A stretch of 34,992 bases of DNA from a virus (lineage: Duplodnaviria > Caudoviricetes): the IMG/VR virus record IMGVR_UViG_3300048598_000539, positions 1-34,992 of that record; one strand, given 5' to 3'. Positions 8,200 to 16,044 of the stretch are shown one piece after another (the first letter of the stretch is position 1; the number at the start of each line of letters is the position of its first letter). The notes below the pieces were generated by a model, which did no database searches, was not told the DNA's origin, and saw only the letters and a program-made list of their open reading frames with translations. The position numbers and the translations under genes are program-made.

Positions 8200-8227
8200 T
8201 TGAAAAACCCTCCTCCAGGTGTACGAT
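8200..8227 (+). promoter_or_regulatory. Sigma70-type promoter for the 8271 gene (TTGAAA-16-TACGAT)
   Basis: Near-consensus hexamers upstream of SD AAGGAGG. Confidence 0.5.
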
Positions 8228-8270
8228 GGAAGCGCCAACCACCACCGAAGCCCGAAGGAGGGAAGCGTCT

Positions 8271-8603
8271 GTGGAAGATTCAGAAAAGAGAGACATCCTT
8301 GAGTCAGCTGCGTCGATGCTCGGCAACTGCTTCAATTGGACGATGTTTAGATCAGGCGAAGAGTGCATGCCAAACGATCCGATTATCTTTGCAGGCCTTG
8401 ATACATATCGAGCGCTACTGCGCGAGCGCCCTGATCCTACGAGGCTTCTCATGCTCATGCAGTTGATGACGGGGGTGATCAATCTCAAGTGGAAAGGACA
8501 TCCCGCATATAGCGATCCATTTGTTGCGGCCAGGGATATTACGGATGCCGTGCGACGCAAAGAGGCGGACGGGAAAGTCATTCCGTTTCCTTCTTCGCGT
8601 TGA
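8271..8603 (+). CDS. Hypothetical 110-aa protein, antisense to the early operon (moron-like)
   Basis: GTG at 8271 with SD AAGGAGG (the listed ATG at 8226 lies inside the -10 box); has its own promoter and a downstream terminator. Confidence 0.65.
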   Translation: MEDSEKRDILESAASMLGNCFNWTMFRSGEECMPNDPIIFAGLDTYRALLRERPDPTRLLMLMQLMTGVINLKWKGHPAYSDPFVAARDITDAVRRKEADGKVIPFPSSR

Positions 8604-8754
8604 GCGCGCGCTCTAGGCGTGCCTGGGAAATCTTCCCTATGGATGCGATATAGCGAAGATATGTTTCGGGCAGATCCTCGAGTTCTTTGTCGGAAAGGAA
8701 GTGCCAAGGTTCAACCGCCGTCGCCCGCTTGTGGATTTCAGCGATGCATCCCAT
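8578..8754 (-). CDS. 58-aa hypothetical protein, first gene of the early transcript (not in ORF track)
   Basis: MGCIAEIHKRATAVEPWHFLSDKELEDLPETYLRYIASIGKISQARLERALNAKKETE; SD GAGGAG/GGGAG; leader is homologous to the ner leader. Confidence 0.6.
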   Translation of the reverse strand: MGCIAEIHKRATAVEPWHFLSDKELEDLPETYLRYIASIGKISQARLERALNAKKETE

Positions 8755-8757
8755 ACT
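8729..8757 (+). promoter_or_regulatory. Antisense sigma70-type promoter 2 (TTGTGG-17-CATACT)
   Basis: -35 at 8729-8734, -10 at 8752-8757, overlapping the start codon of the 58-aa ORF; same geometry as promoter 1. Confidence 0.55.
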
Positions 8758-8763
8758 CTCCCT

Positions 8764-8835
8764 GCTCCTCGCCCCTCGGGGCTTGTAGTGAAGGATGACC
8801 GGTGGCTTGCCCCCGTTCGGTCGTCCTTCTTTTTT
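8764..8835 (+). ncRNA. Predicted antisense sRNA 2
   Basis: 5' anti-SD CTCCTC, GCCCC/GGGGC hairpin, 12-bp stem plus T6. Confidence 0.5.
8790..8835 (+). terminator. Intrinsic terminator
   Basis: GAAGGATGACCG (8790-8801) / CGGTCGTCCTTC (8818-8829) with a G-U pair that favours the + strand; TTTTTT at 8830-8835. Confidence 0.75.
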
Positions 8836-8873
8836 AGGGGTTAAGGTTTAACTCTCAACCGCCGATATTCTTG

Positions 8874-8902
8874 AGTATCGTCCTGATCGGGACATAAGTC
8901 AA
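8874..8902 (-). promoter_or_regulatory. Early (lytic) promoter TTGACT-17-GATACT
   Basis: -35 at 8902-8897, -10 at 8879-8874; an operator-like palindrome lies in the spacer. Confidence 0.8.
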
Positions 8903-8955
8903 GCGAAAATGATTCAATCGGGACGATTTATTAATCGATACGTCTCGGAGGGGAC
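8880..8955. promoter_or_regulatory. Three 14-bp operator-like sites at 31-bp intervals
   Basis: GTCCTGATCGGGAC (8880-8893), GATTCAATCGGGAC (8911-8924), GTCTCGGAGGGGAC (8942-8955). Confidence 0.7.
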
Positions 8956-8960
8956 ACTTA

Positions 8961-9848
8961 ATGGGCGTTAATGATCGTATCCGACAGTTCCGTGAGGCAA
9001 AAACAAGGAATCCGACGCAGTTCGCCGCAGATATTGGCGTTCCGCGTACTACGCTGTTGGGGTGGGAGAGCGGAAAGACTGTCCCGATTGAGACGCTTGA
9101 AAAAATACGACTTGCCTATCCAGATTTAAGTGTTGACTGGCTGTTAAGCGGCCGCGGTGAAATGTGCAACAGTTCAACATTTGGGGGAGAAGGCGGTAAA
9201 TCGGAAACAGTTTCCGTTCCTCTTGAAGGGACCCGTGCTGAGCTCCTGTTGCCAATGCGTCAACCTGACCCGAGCCACATGCTAGCGTCCCAAAGCGCCG
9301 ACATCGATCCAGCGATGCTGGCGCTTGCCAAGCGTTGGGGCTATCCTGAGGACGTGACTGTATATAAATACCGTAAGGGCCACGCTGAGGCGATCCCGAT
9401 ATCTGGCCCGGATCCGGAGGGGACAGTATTCATCCCCGTATTTAGTCAGACGGTAGCGGCGGGAGCCGGCCAAGAGGCGACCCAGCTCGTCGAAACGGAG
9501 GAGATGGCGCCCGTTCTGTATGCGCTATGCCAAGGGCATAAGCCCGAGCGCTGTGGCGTCTGTCGCGTCGTTGGCGATTCGATGACCGACGTGACGTTGT
9601 TTAATGGCGACTATGTAGTGTTCGATCGTTTGGATATCCGGGGCGATGGGATCTTCGTGATCGGTATGTATGGTGAGATGCGCGTGAAGCGGCTGCAGTA
9701 TCGCCTTGCCGATCGGAAGATTGTGATAGCGAGCGAGAACGCGCGGCGCTACCCTGATCCCGAGATTGTGAGCGCCGAAGTGATCGAGCGAGGCGAGCTG
9801 AATATATACGGGAGAGTCCTAGGCTGGTTGCATAGACATCCGTATTGA
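8961..9848 (+). CDS. CI/LexA-like repressor (XRE HTH + S24 peptidase)
   Basis: HTH FAADIGVPRTTLLGWESG and VDWLLSGRGEM; Ala-Gly site TVAAGAG; catalytic VVGDSM and VKRL. Confidence 0.92.
   Translation: MGVNDRIRQFREAKTRNPTQFAADIGVPRTTLLGWESGKTVPIETLEKIRLAYPDLSVDWLLSGRGEMCNSSTFGGEGGKSETVSVPLEGTRAELLLPMRQPDPSHMLASQSADIDPAMLALAKRWGYPEDVTVYKYRKGHAEAIPISGPDPEGTVFIPVFSQTVAAGAGQEATQLVETEEMAPVLYALCQGHKPERCGVCRVVGDSMTDVTLFNGDYVVFDRLDIRGDGIFVIGMYGEMRVKRLQYRLADRKIVIASENARRYPDPEIVSAEVIERGELNIYGRVLGWLHRHPY
9081..9094. promoter_or_regulatory. Fourth operator-like site inside the repressor gene
   Basis: GTCCCGATTGAGAC; its reverse complement GTCTCAATCGGGAC matches the three upstream sites. Confidence 0.5.
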
Positions 9849-9868
9849 TTCGAAAATATGGAGGCAAT

Positions 9869-10249
9869 ATGGCAGAATCCGTCGAAGCAAAGAAGCTGGG
9901 AAATAAACAATGGCTGAAGTATTTTTTAGGTGCCCTGGCGCTCGCATGTATCTTTGCTCTTGGGCTAATTGTAAAAAACAACCTGCTGGATAATGCTGGC
10001 TCTGTTCCTAAGCAGGTTTCTGCGGCCACCATGCAAATAAATGCAAAGCAATGGTTACGAACTAGCCTGAAGGACCCGGAGTCTGTTCAATATATTCAAT
10101 GGTCGACTGTATCAAAAACCGAAAATGGTTTGTATTCGATGCGACTGGAGTATAGGGCAAAGAACTCCTTTAACGCGTACGTTGTTGAGAATGTTACCTT
10201 TTCCTTTGATACTCTTGGGTATGTAGTATCAGCGAAACGTGAACAATAG
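9869..10249 (+). CDS. Membrane-anchored exported protein, low GC, following the repressor
   Basis: ATG at 9869 with SD GGAGG; one N-terminal TM helix; LKDPESVQY...YRAKNSFNAYV motif. Confidence 0.75.
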   Translation: MAESVEAKKLGNKQWLKYFLGALALACIFALGLIVKNNLLDNAGSVPKQVSAATMQINAKQWLRTSLKDPESVQYIQWSTVSKTENGLYSMRLEYRAKNSFNAYVVENVTFSFDTLGYVVSAKREQ

Positions 10250-10272
10250 TCTCGAATAATATAGTTGACTCC

Positions 10273-10313
10273 TCCGCTACATTCGAGCGCCTCCGATCGC
10301 CCCGGATTACTCT
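10273..10313 (+). promoter_or_regulatory. Activator-dependent late promoter 1 (lysis/head operon)
   Basis: TCCGCTACATTCGAGCG, then 18 nt, then TACTCT; identical 17-mer and spacing at 19992. Confidence 0.72.
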
Positions 10314-10334
10314 GGGGCCTGCGAGGTACTCGAT

Positions 10335-10946
10335 ATGGAACTCAAGGTCGATAAGGGTTTCTTCCTCAATTCCCAGGTGACCACCGCCTTCGGCTGGGAT
10401 CCGTTCACGTTCAAGGCCCGCCCTCGAATCCATCCCGCCCTCGACCGCGCAGGCAAGGGCATCGTCTTCTGCCCCGTCGAGGCCGAGCGATCCAAGTGGA
10501 TCGACGACGATGCCGAAGGTTGCTCGGTTCTTCGTCTCTTCTTCCCCGGCGGCGAGCTCCGCATGCTTCACTTCATTCGAGAAGAACTCGACTCCGGGGC
10601 GCTCTCCGCGGGCCTGGCCGGCGCGGGCCTCAAGATGGGCTCGCCTATCGGTCCCACCGGAAACCATGGGCTGTCGGCCTCCGTAAACGGCGGCGACGGT
10701 CGCCACGTCCACTTCTCCCTCATCCTCGAGCCCGGAGCTTACGACGACGAGCTCCGGGCCAAGATAGGTTCGATCTGGGACTCGGACTACTCCGCGGACT
10801 ACCGAGCCCGGTATGGAACCCCCTTCATCGACGAGGCTAAGAAGCGCGGCATCACCTGGATGAACGCGCGCATCATCGCGCGGCACGATCCCTACTATTC
10901 GGGCGCGATCCGCTTCTACGTCAACCCGGCCGTGTACGGCCTCTAG
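10335..10946 (+). CDS. Putative endolysin, divergent M23 metallopeptidase
   Basis: HPALD (HxxxD), MLHF, PIGPTGNHG...GRHVHF (HxH); first gene of the late operon. Confidence 0.72.
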   Translation: MELKVDKGFFLNSQVTTAFGWDPFTFKARPRIHPALDRAGKGIVFCPVEAERSKWIDDDAEGCSVLRLFFPGGELRMLHFIREELDSGALSAGLAGAGLKMGSPIGPTGNHGLSASVNGGDGRHVHFSLILEPGAYDDELRAKIGSIWDSDYSADYRARYGTPFIDEAKKRGITWMNARIIARHDPYYSGAIRFYVNPAVYGL

Positions 10947-10955
10947 GAGGCTGGT

Positions 10956-11201
10956 ATGAACATAAAGGGAAAATCGTTGACGCTCGGGGCCAAGCTCATC
11001 GGGGCCATGATCGCCCTCGGCGGGCTCGCCGCCAAGATATGGATCGACCACGAACTCGACATCGACTCGGTCCTCAAAGTCGCGGCCTTCGTCCCCCTGC
11101 TCTTCACTCCCGTGGACCTCTCGCTCATCGCGGAGAACGTCTTCGGCTGGAAGCTTGGTCGGAGCGGGACCTCGCGCCCCGGATCCGGGGAGGGCGCATG
11201 A
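10956..11201 (+). CDS. Putative holin
   Basis: 81 aa, two hydrophobic segments, next to the endolysin. Confidence 0.55.
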   Translation: MNIKGKSLTLGAKLIGAMIALGGLAAKIWIDHELDIDSVLKVAAFVPLLFTPVDLSLIAENVFGWKLGRSGTSRPGSGEGA

Positions 11202-11668
11202 ATGCGCGGAAAATCCTCGCGGTCGCTGGCCTGTGCCTTCTCGCTCTGCTTGGCGCTTTCGCAGGCGGCTACGCTCTCGGCCTCTCCGTCTCCGGAGGAC
11301 CTGTCGCGGATGAGTATCGCCGAGCTAGTGACGAGGGCATACGAGATCTCCGGGAAGCTCAATCCGGGCTTGAAGGCGCAGAGCGAGGACTGGGCCTCGT
11401 TGAAGATCGAGAACGAAGCGCTGCGGTCGGACTTGCGGACGACGCAAGGCGAAGCGGCGAGCTTGCGGATAGAGCTGGCGAGCTTGAAAGCAGAGCTGGA
11501 GAAGCGGTCGAGCGAAGCGAGCGCATCGGCGGAGGAATTGAGCGAGGCACGGACCGCGCTCAAGAGAATCTCCGTCTTGGTGGGGAGCTCGACGCAGTCC
11601 TGGGAGAGCTCCATCGCCGATGTGGAGCGGGCGCTCAAGGAAGCGGCGAAGAAGCAGCGCCGCGCTGA
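11198..11668 (+). CDS. Putative i-spanin-like protein (156 aa, N-terminal TM anchor)
   Basis: ATG coupled to the holin stop; MNARKILAVAGLCLLALLGAFAGGYALG followed by a helical charged region. Confidence 0.55.
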   Translation: MNARKILAVAGLCLLALLGAFAGGYALGLSVSGGPVADEYRRASDEGIRDLREAQSGLEGAERGLGLVEDRERSAAVGLADDARRSGELADRAGELESRAGEAVERSERIGGGIERGTDRAQENLRLGGELDAVLGELHRRCGAGAQGSGEEAAPR

Positions 11669-11756
11669 GCTTCGAGCCTGTGTCGCCGAAGTCGTAGCCG
11701 TGGCCGCGATCGTCTTCGCCGGAGTACAGGCATCTAAAAACAAGGAAGGGAAATGA
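11202..11756 (+). CDS. Exported coiled-coil protein with C-terminal TM helix (spanin-like)
   Basis: Signal-peptide-like N-terminus, long heptad region, hydrophobic C-terminus; stop coupled to the next ATG. Confidence 0.65.
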   Translation: MRGKSSRSLACAFSLCLALSQAATLSASPSPEDLSRMSIAELVTRAYEISGKLNPGLKAQSEDWASLKIENEALRSDLRTTQGEAASLRIELASLKAELEKRSSEASASAEELSEARTALKRISVLVGSSTQSWESSIADVERALKEAAKKQRRAELRACVAEVVAVAAIVFAGVQASKNKEGK

Positions 11757-12124
11757 TGGAAGCGTTCCTGCAGCAGCTGTCGGCCTACGGTGTCGGTCCG
11801 GTCCTACTCGTAGTCATCTTCCTCTTAGGATGGGTAGTCCGGGAGCTGAAGGAGAACGGAAAGAAGAACGAGGCCCGCGCGAAAGAGCTGCAGGCAGCGA
11901 TGACAGCCGAGATGAACGCCATGGCCAAGCGATTCGACGAGCATCTCGCTGCGACCGACAAGAAGGTCGAGGACCTGCGGACTCGGGTTTCCTGTGTCGA
12001 GCGCGACTACCTGCCCCGCGATGAACACTACAAGGAATTCTCGGGCTGGCGCGCCGAGATCCAAGAGGTTCGGAACCTCATCATCTCGCTGTTCAGAGAC
12101 CAGGCAAAGCAAGGAGAAAAATAG
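11753..12124 (+). CDS. TM + coiled-coil protein (Mu gp25/DUF2730-like position)
   Basis: N-terminal TM helix, coiled coil, DYLPRDE motif; synteny. Confidence 0.65.
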   Translation: MMEAFLQQLSAYGVGPVLLVVIFLLGWVVRELKENGKKNEARAKELQAAMTAEMNAMAKRFDEHLAATDKKVEDLRTRVSCVERDYLPRDEHYKEFSGWRAEIQEVRNLIISLFRDQAKQGEK

Positions 12125-12417
12125 TGAAGCCCTTAATCCTACGCGGGAAGATCCTCGAGTTCCTCCGCGACCTCTATCCCGAGGGTGCCGACGAGCGAAC
12201 CATTGTGGGCGTCTTCTACGAGTACCACCAGTACGACGATATCATCGAGTCCCTCGCCTATCTGGCCGACAAGGGCTACGCGGAACGCAAGGAGGTGCCT
12301 CATCCCTACAAGAGCATGGAGCGCATCCGCATCTACAAGATCGCCCCCGCCGGTATCGACCTCATGGACGGCACGACCTCCGATCCCGCGGTGACCATCA
12401 TCCCCGAGGGGAAGTGA
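12124..12417 (+). CDS. Mu gp26-like winged-helix protein
   Basis: LRGKILEFL...LAYLADKGY...IAPAGIDLMDG...DPAV pattern; precedes TerS. Confidence 0.72.
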   Translation: MKPLILRGKILEFLRDLYPEGADERTIVGVFYEYHQYDDIIESLAYLADKGYAERKEVPHPYKSMERIRIYKIAPAGIDLMDGTTSDPAVTIIPEGK

Positions 12418-12425
12418 GGAACGCC

Positions 12426-12950
12426 ATGGGCCGCCGTTCCAAGGCCGACCTCCTCGACCTCGTCGATCGTATCCTCGTGCTTTACACGCGCGACAAGCTG
12501 ACGATCAACCAGATCGCCGAGCAGCTGCAGAGCGAGGGGATCGATATCAGCCGCGAGGCGGTACGTCGCTCGCTCAAGAGCTCGAAGGAAATAGCCGCGG
12601 ACCTCCAAAAGACCACGGAGGAGGCCCGAGTGATGATCGATGTGGTCAGGAACAATCCTAACACCGACATCGCCGAGGCCGTGACGACTCGTTTCGCCGG
12701 CTTGCTCCTACGCGAGTCCCAGAACATCGACGCCCTCGAGTTCGAGGATCCGGGCGAGGCCATCCTCGCGGCGGGCCGCCTCGCCAACGCCCAGGCCAGG
12801 CTTGCCTCCGTCCGCCTTAAGTACCAGGCCGGCTTCGACGCGGCCAAGAAGGCAGTACTCGACGCGCTCAAGATCGAGCTCGCCGCCGATCCGGACCTCG
12901 CCAATCGCCTCGCCGCCGTCGTAACCGGACTCGAGCCGGAGGTCAAGTGA
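12426..12950 (+). CDS. terS: Terminase small subunit (Mu gp27/DUF3486-like)
   Basis: MGRRSKADLL start with SD GAGG; QIAEQLQSEGIDISREAVRR HTH. Confidence 0.8.
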   Translation: MGRRSKADLLDLVDRILVLYTRDKLTINQIAEQLQSEGIDISREAVRRSLKSSKEIAADLQKTTEEARVMIDVVRNNPNTDIAEAVTTRFAGLLLRESQNIDALEFEDPGEAILAAGRLANAQARLASVRLKYQAGFDAAKKAVLDALKIELAADPDLANRLAAVVTGLEPEVK

Positions 12951-14500
12951 AGACCCCTCTCCTCGACGAGCTCGTCGGCGACCGTGCCCAGGTCGCCCAG
13001 GACGCCGAGCGGAAAGCCCGGCGTGATTCCTGCGAGAACGACTTCTTCCGATTCTGCTCCACCTACTTCCCGCACTACTTCGGCGCCGATCCCGCCGTGT
13101 ATCACCGCATCCTCATGGACGTAACCTCGACCGGATGCCTCGCCCCGGAACAGGTCGACGTCCTCAAGCCCCTCATCAAGGAGAAGTACCACGTCTACAT
13201 GCCGCCGACCGCGAAGATCGCCGGCATCATCGATGTCGAGCCGCGTGGCTTCTCCAAGTCGACACGCTACTCCCTCGCCTTCCCGATCTGGCTCGTCCTA
13301 TACAAGAAGCGCCGCTTCCCCATCATCTTCGGCGGATCCCAAGCCATGGCCAACGACGCGCTGCAGTCCATCAAGGACGAGTTCGAGCAGAACGAGCGTA
13401 TAGCCGACGACTTCGGCGAGATGAAGGGCAAGATCTGGAAGGCGAACAAGATCACCCTGTCGAACGGCCTGGCCATCGCGGCGCGCGGCGCGGGCGCTTC
13501 CACTCGCGGCATCAAGAACGGTCCCGACCGTCCGGACATCGCGATCTGCGACGACATCATGACCGACCTGGTCGCGGCTTCGAAGAAGGGCCGCGACAGG
13601 ATCTACCGCTGGTTCAAGCGCGTCGTCCTTCCGCTCGGGAAGGACATCTTCCCCGTCCTCATCAACACGATCTTCCATGAAGACGACATCGTCTGCCGGC
13701 TCTTGAAGGAGCTGCAGGAGGGCCAGCTCAAGGGCTGGGTCGGATTCCGCTTCGCGGCCCGCACGCCGACGGGCAAATCGCTCTGGCCAGCCTACTGGAC
13801 CGAGGAGAAGCTCCGGAAGAAGGAAGACGAGCTTGGTTCGGCTGCCTGGTCCACCGAGATGATGAACGAGCCCCTCTCCAGCGAGGATGCCATCATCAAG
13901 CGTTTCCACACCTACACCCTCGCGAGCGTCTCCTTCGAGGGCAAGCGCCGCTACGGCGGAATCGATCCCGCGACCGGCGCGCACGACAAGTGCGCCTTCG
14001 ACACCCTCGTCGACGGGAACGACGGTGTCCTCTATGTCGGCGACTCTTGGGGCGAGCGCCTTCCCGAGGCTCCCTTCCTCGAGAAGATCATCGATACCTA
14101 TCTCGTCTGGAAACACAATTCGATCGGCTTCGAGGACGTAGCCTTCCAGGGAATCTACAAAAACAACCTCATGGAGAAGGCTGCGCTACGGAAGGTCTGG
14201 CTGCCGATCGTCGGCCGCAAGACGGGCGGCCTCTCGAAGGTCCAGAGGGTGAAGAAGATGGCGCCCCTCATCGAGGCCGGCTTCATCCGCTTCCGCGAGG
14301 ATCAGAAGGAGCTCATGGAGCAGCTCGGCATGTTCACCCCCGACGGCCCCAAGTCCGCCTTCGACGATGAGGCCGACGCGCTCTGGTACGCCTTCGAGGA
14401 AGCCCAGGGTGGCAAGGGGCAGGGAACTCCCGCCGTCGTCCCGTTCAGCCAGTTCGCCAAGAGCGTTACCAAGACCGTATTGAGAGGATTCAAGCGATGA
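12947..14500 (+). CDS. terL: Terminase large subunit
   Basis: EPRGFSKST P-loop, RG...RPDIAICDDI Walker B, nuclease motifs GIDPA and DDEADA. Confidence 0.92.
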   Translation: MKTPLLDELVGDRAQVAQDAERKARRDSCENDFFRFCSTYFPHYFGADPAVYHRILMDVTSTGCLAPEQVDVLKPLIKEKYHVYMPPTAKIAGIIDVEPRGFSKSTRYSLAFPIWLVLYKKRRFPIIFGGSQAMANDALQSIKDEFEQNERIADDFGEMKGKIWKANKITLSNGLAIAARGAGASTRGIKNGPDRPDIAICDDIMTDLVAASKKGRDRIYRWFKRVVLPLGKDIFPVLINTIFHEDDIVCRLLKELQEGQLKGWVGFRFAARTPTGKSLWPAYWTEEKLRKKEDELGSAAWSTEMMNEPLSSEDAIIKRFHTYTLASVSFEGKRRYGGIDPATGAHDKCAFDTLVDGNDGVLYVGDSWGERLPEAPFLEKIIDTYLVWKHNSIGFEDVAFQGIYKNNLMEKAALRKVWLPIVGRKTGGLSKVQRVKKMAPLIEAGFIRFREDQKELMEQLGMFTPDGPKSAFDDEADALWYAFEEAQGGKGQGTPAVVPFSQFAKSVTKTVLRGFKR

Positions 14501-16044
14501 GCAAAAAACACCACACTCTTCCTCGGTCGCTGCAGCTCGCCGACTCCGGGGCCGCGGCGAAGCCCGACTCCGCCGTCATGACGGCCAGGGTGATCAAGCT
14601 CGACGACATCTCCCAGTTCCTCGGCTACATGCCGAACCCCGACGAAGTACTCCGGGACACCGGCGAGGCCATCTCGGTCTACCGCGAGATGAAGAGCGAC
14701 GCGCGGATCAAGAGCCTCCTCGCCGTGGCCAAGGCCGCCGTCCTCAACTACCCGATCAAGATCGCGCAGGGCGACGCCTCGGCCTCCACGCTGAAGATGG
14801 TCAAGAAGGCCGTAGACGACGAGCTGCTCTATGGCATCGTGCGCCGCCTCCTCTCCGGTTACGACTACGGCTACGCCGTCGCCGAGCTCGTGTGGGAAGA
14901 GCCGGCCATCTCCGGGATGTGGAAGCCGAGCGACGTCGTCCTGCGCAAACCCGAGCGCTTCCGCTTCGACGCCGAGGGCAGGCTGAAGCACCTGCATCAC
15001 GGAGCGCTCGAAGACCTCTACTCCCAGGCCTACAAGTGGCTCGTCTGGCGTCACGACAAAGACGCCGAGAACCCCTATGGAACGGCCGCCCTCAAGGCCT
15101 GCTACTGGCCCTGGAAGTTCAAGAAGGCCGGAGCCGAGTTCTGGCTCATGGCTACCGAGAAGTTCGCCGTCCCCTCCATCCTGGCGCTCTTCGAGTGTGC
15201 CGACGATCCGTCGAAGATCCGCGAGCGCGCCGCTGGCCTGGCGGAGATGCTAGGGCAGATCAGCTCGGGCTCGGGTGCGGCTCTCGCGAACATCAAGGAA
15301 GCGAAGATCATCGAGACCGCCCATGAGCTTTCCGAGTTCACCGCCCTCATGGACTGGTGCGACACCCAGATCGCCTATGCCCTGGTCTATCAGAGCCTCG
15401 CTGTCCAGGAGGCCCAGAACGGCACCCGCGCCCAGGCCGAAGTCCACGAGGACACCTTCCTGGCGACCATCAAGGGAATTGCCCGCGATATCACGCCGGT
15501 CCTGCAGCGCTTCATAGACTGGATCGTCGAGCTCAACGTCGGCCCCGGAGTCCCGGCGCCTCGCGTCGCCTTCGACCTCGACGACTACGCGAGTTGGAAG
15601 TCCGTCGTCGAGGCTATCGACCGCGGCGTCCCCGTGTCCCTCTCGGCCCTCTATGATCGCTACGCCCTCCCCAAGCCGAAGGACGAGAAGGACCAGTACA
15701 TAATGCCTTCGAAGGGCGAACTCCCGGTAGGAGGAGTCCCCTCTCAGAGTACTTCACCCAGCCTCCCTGCGATCCCCGCGTCTGGTGGCTCAGCCGATGT
15801 CCAATCGACGGCGCTCAATGGCGCGCAGGTGACGTCCTTGGTGGACCTCGCCGCCGAGGTCGCCCAGGGGACCTTGCCCATCGAGACCGCTCGTGCGATC
15901 GCTGCCGCCGCGTTCCCTCTCGTCAAAAAGGAAGAGATCAATAGGATCTTCGATCCTCTCTCCGGATTTAATCCGAAAGAGCAGAGCTCGACCTTTGCCG
16001 ATGACGTAAAAAAAAAGCGTCGTCCCCCGCTGAGGCTCGTGTAA
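14497..16044 (+). CDS. Portal protein (DUF935, Mu gp29-like)
   Basis: YGYAVAELVW, NPYGTAALKACYWPWKFK, EKFAVP, GTRAQAEVH motifs. Confidence 0.9.
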   Translation: MSKKHHTLPRSLQLADSGAAAKPDSAVMTARVIKLDDISQFLGYMPNPDEVLRDTGEAISVYREMKSDARIKSLLAVAKAAVLNYPIKIAQGDASASTLKMVKKAVDDELLYGIVRRLLSGYDYGYAVAELVWEEPAISGMWKPSDVVLRKPERFRFDAEGRLKHLHHGALEDLYSQAYKWLVWRHDKDAENPYGTAALKACYWPWKFKKAGAEFWLMATEKFAVPSILALFECADDPSKIRERAAGLAEMLGQISSGSGAALANIKEAKIIETAHELSEFTALMDWCDTQIAYALVYQSLAVQEAQNGTRAQAEVHEDTFLATIKGIARDITPVLQRFIDWIVELNVGPGVPAPRVAFDLDDYASWKSVVEAIDRGVPVSLSALYDRYALPKPKDEKDQYIMPSKGELPVGGVPSQSTSPSLPAIPASGGSADVQSTALNGAQVTSLVDLAAEVAQGTLPIETARAIAAAAFPLVKKEEINRIFDPLSGFNPKEQSSTFADDVKKKRRPPLRLV

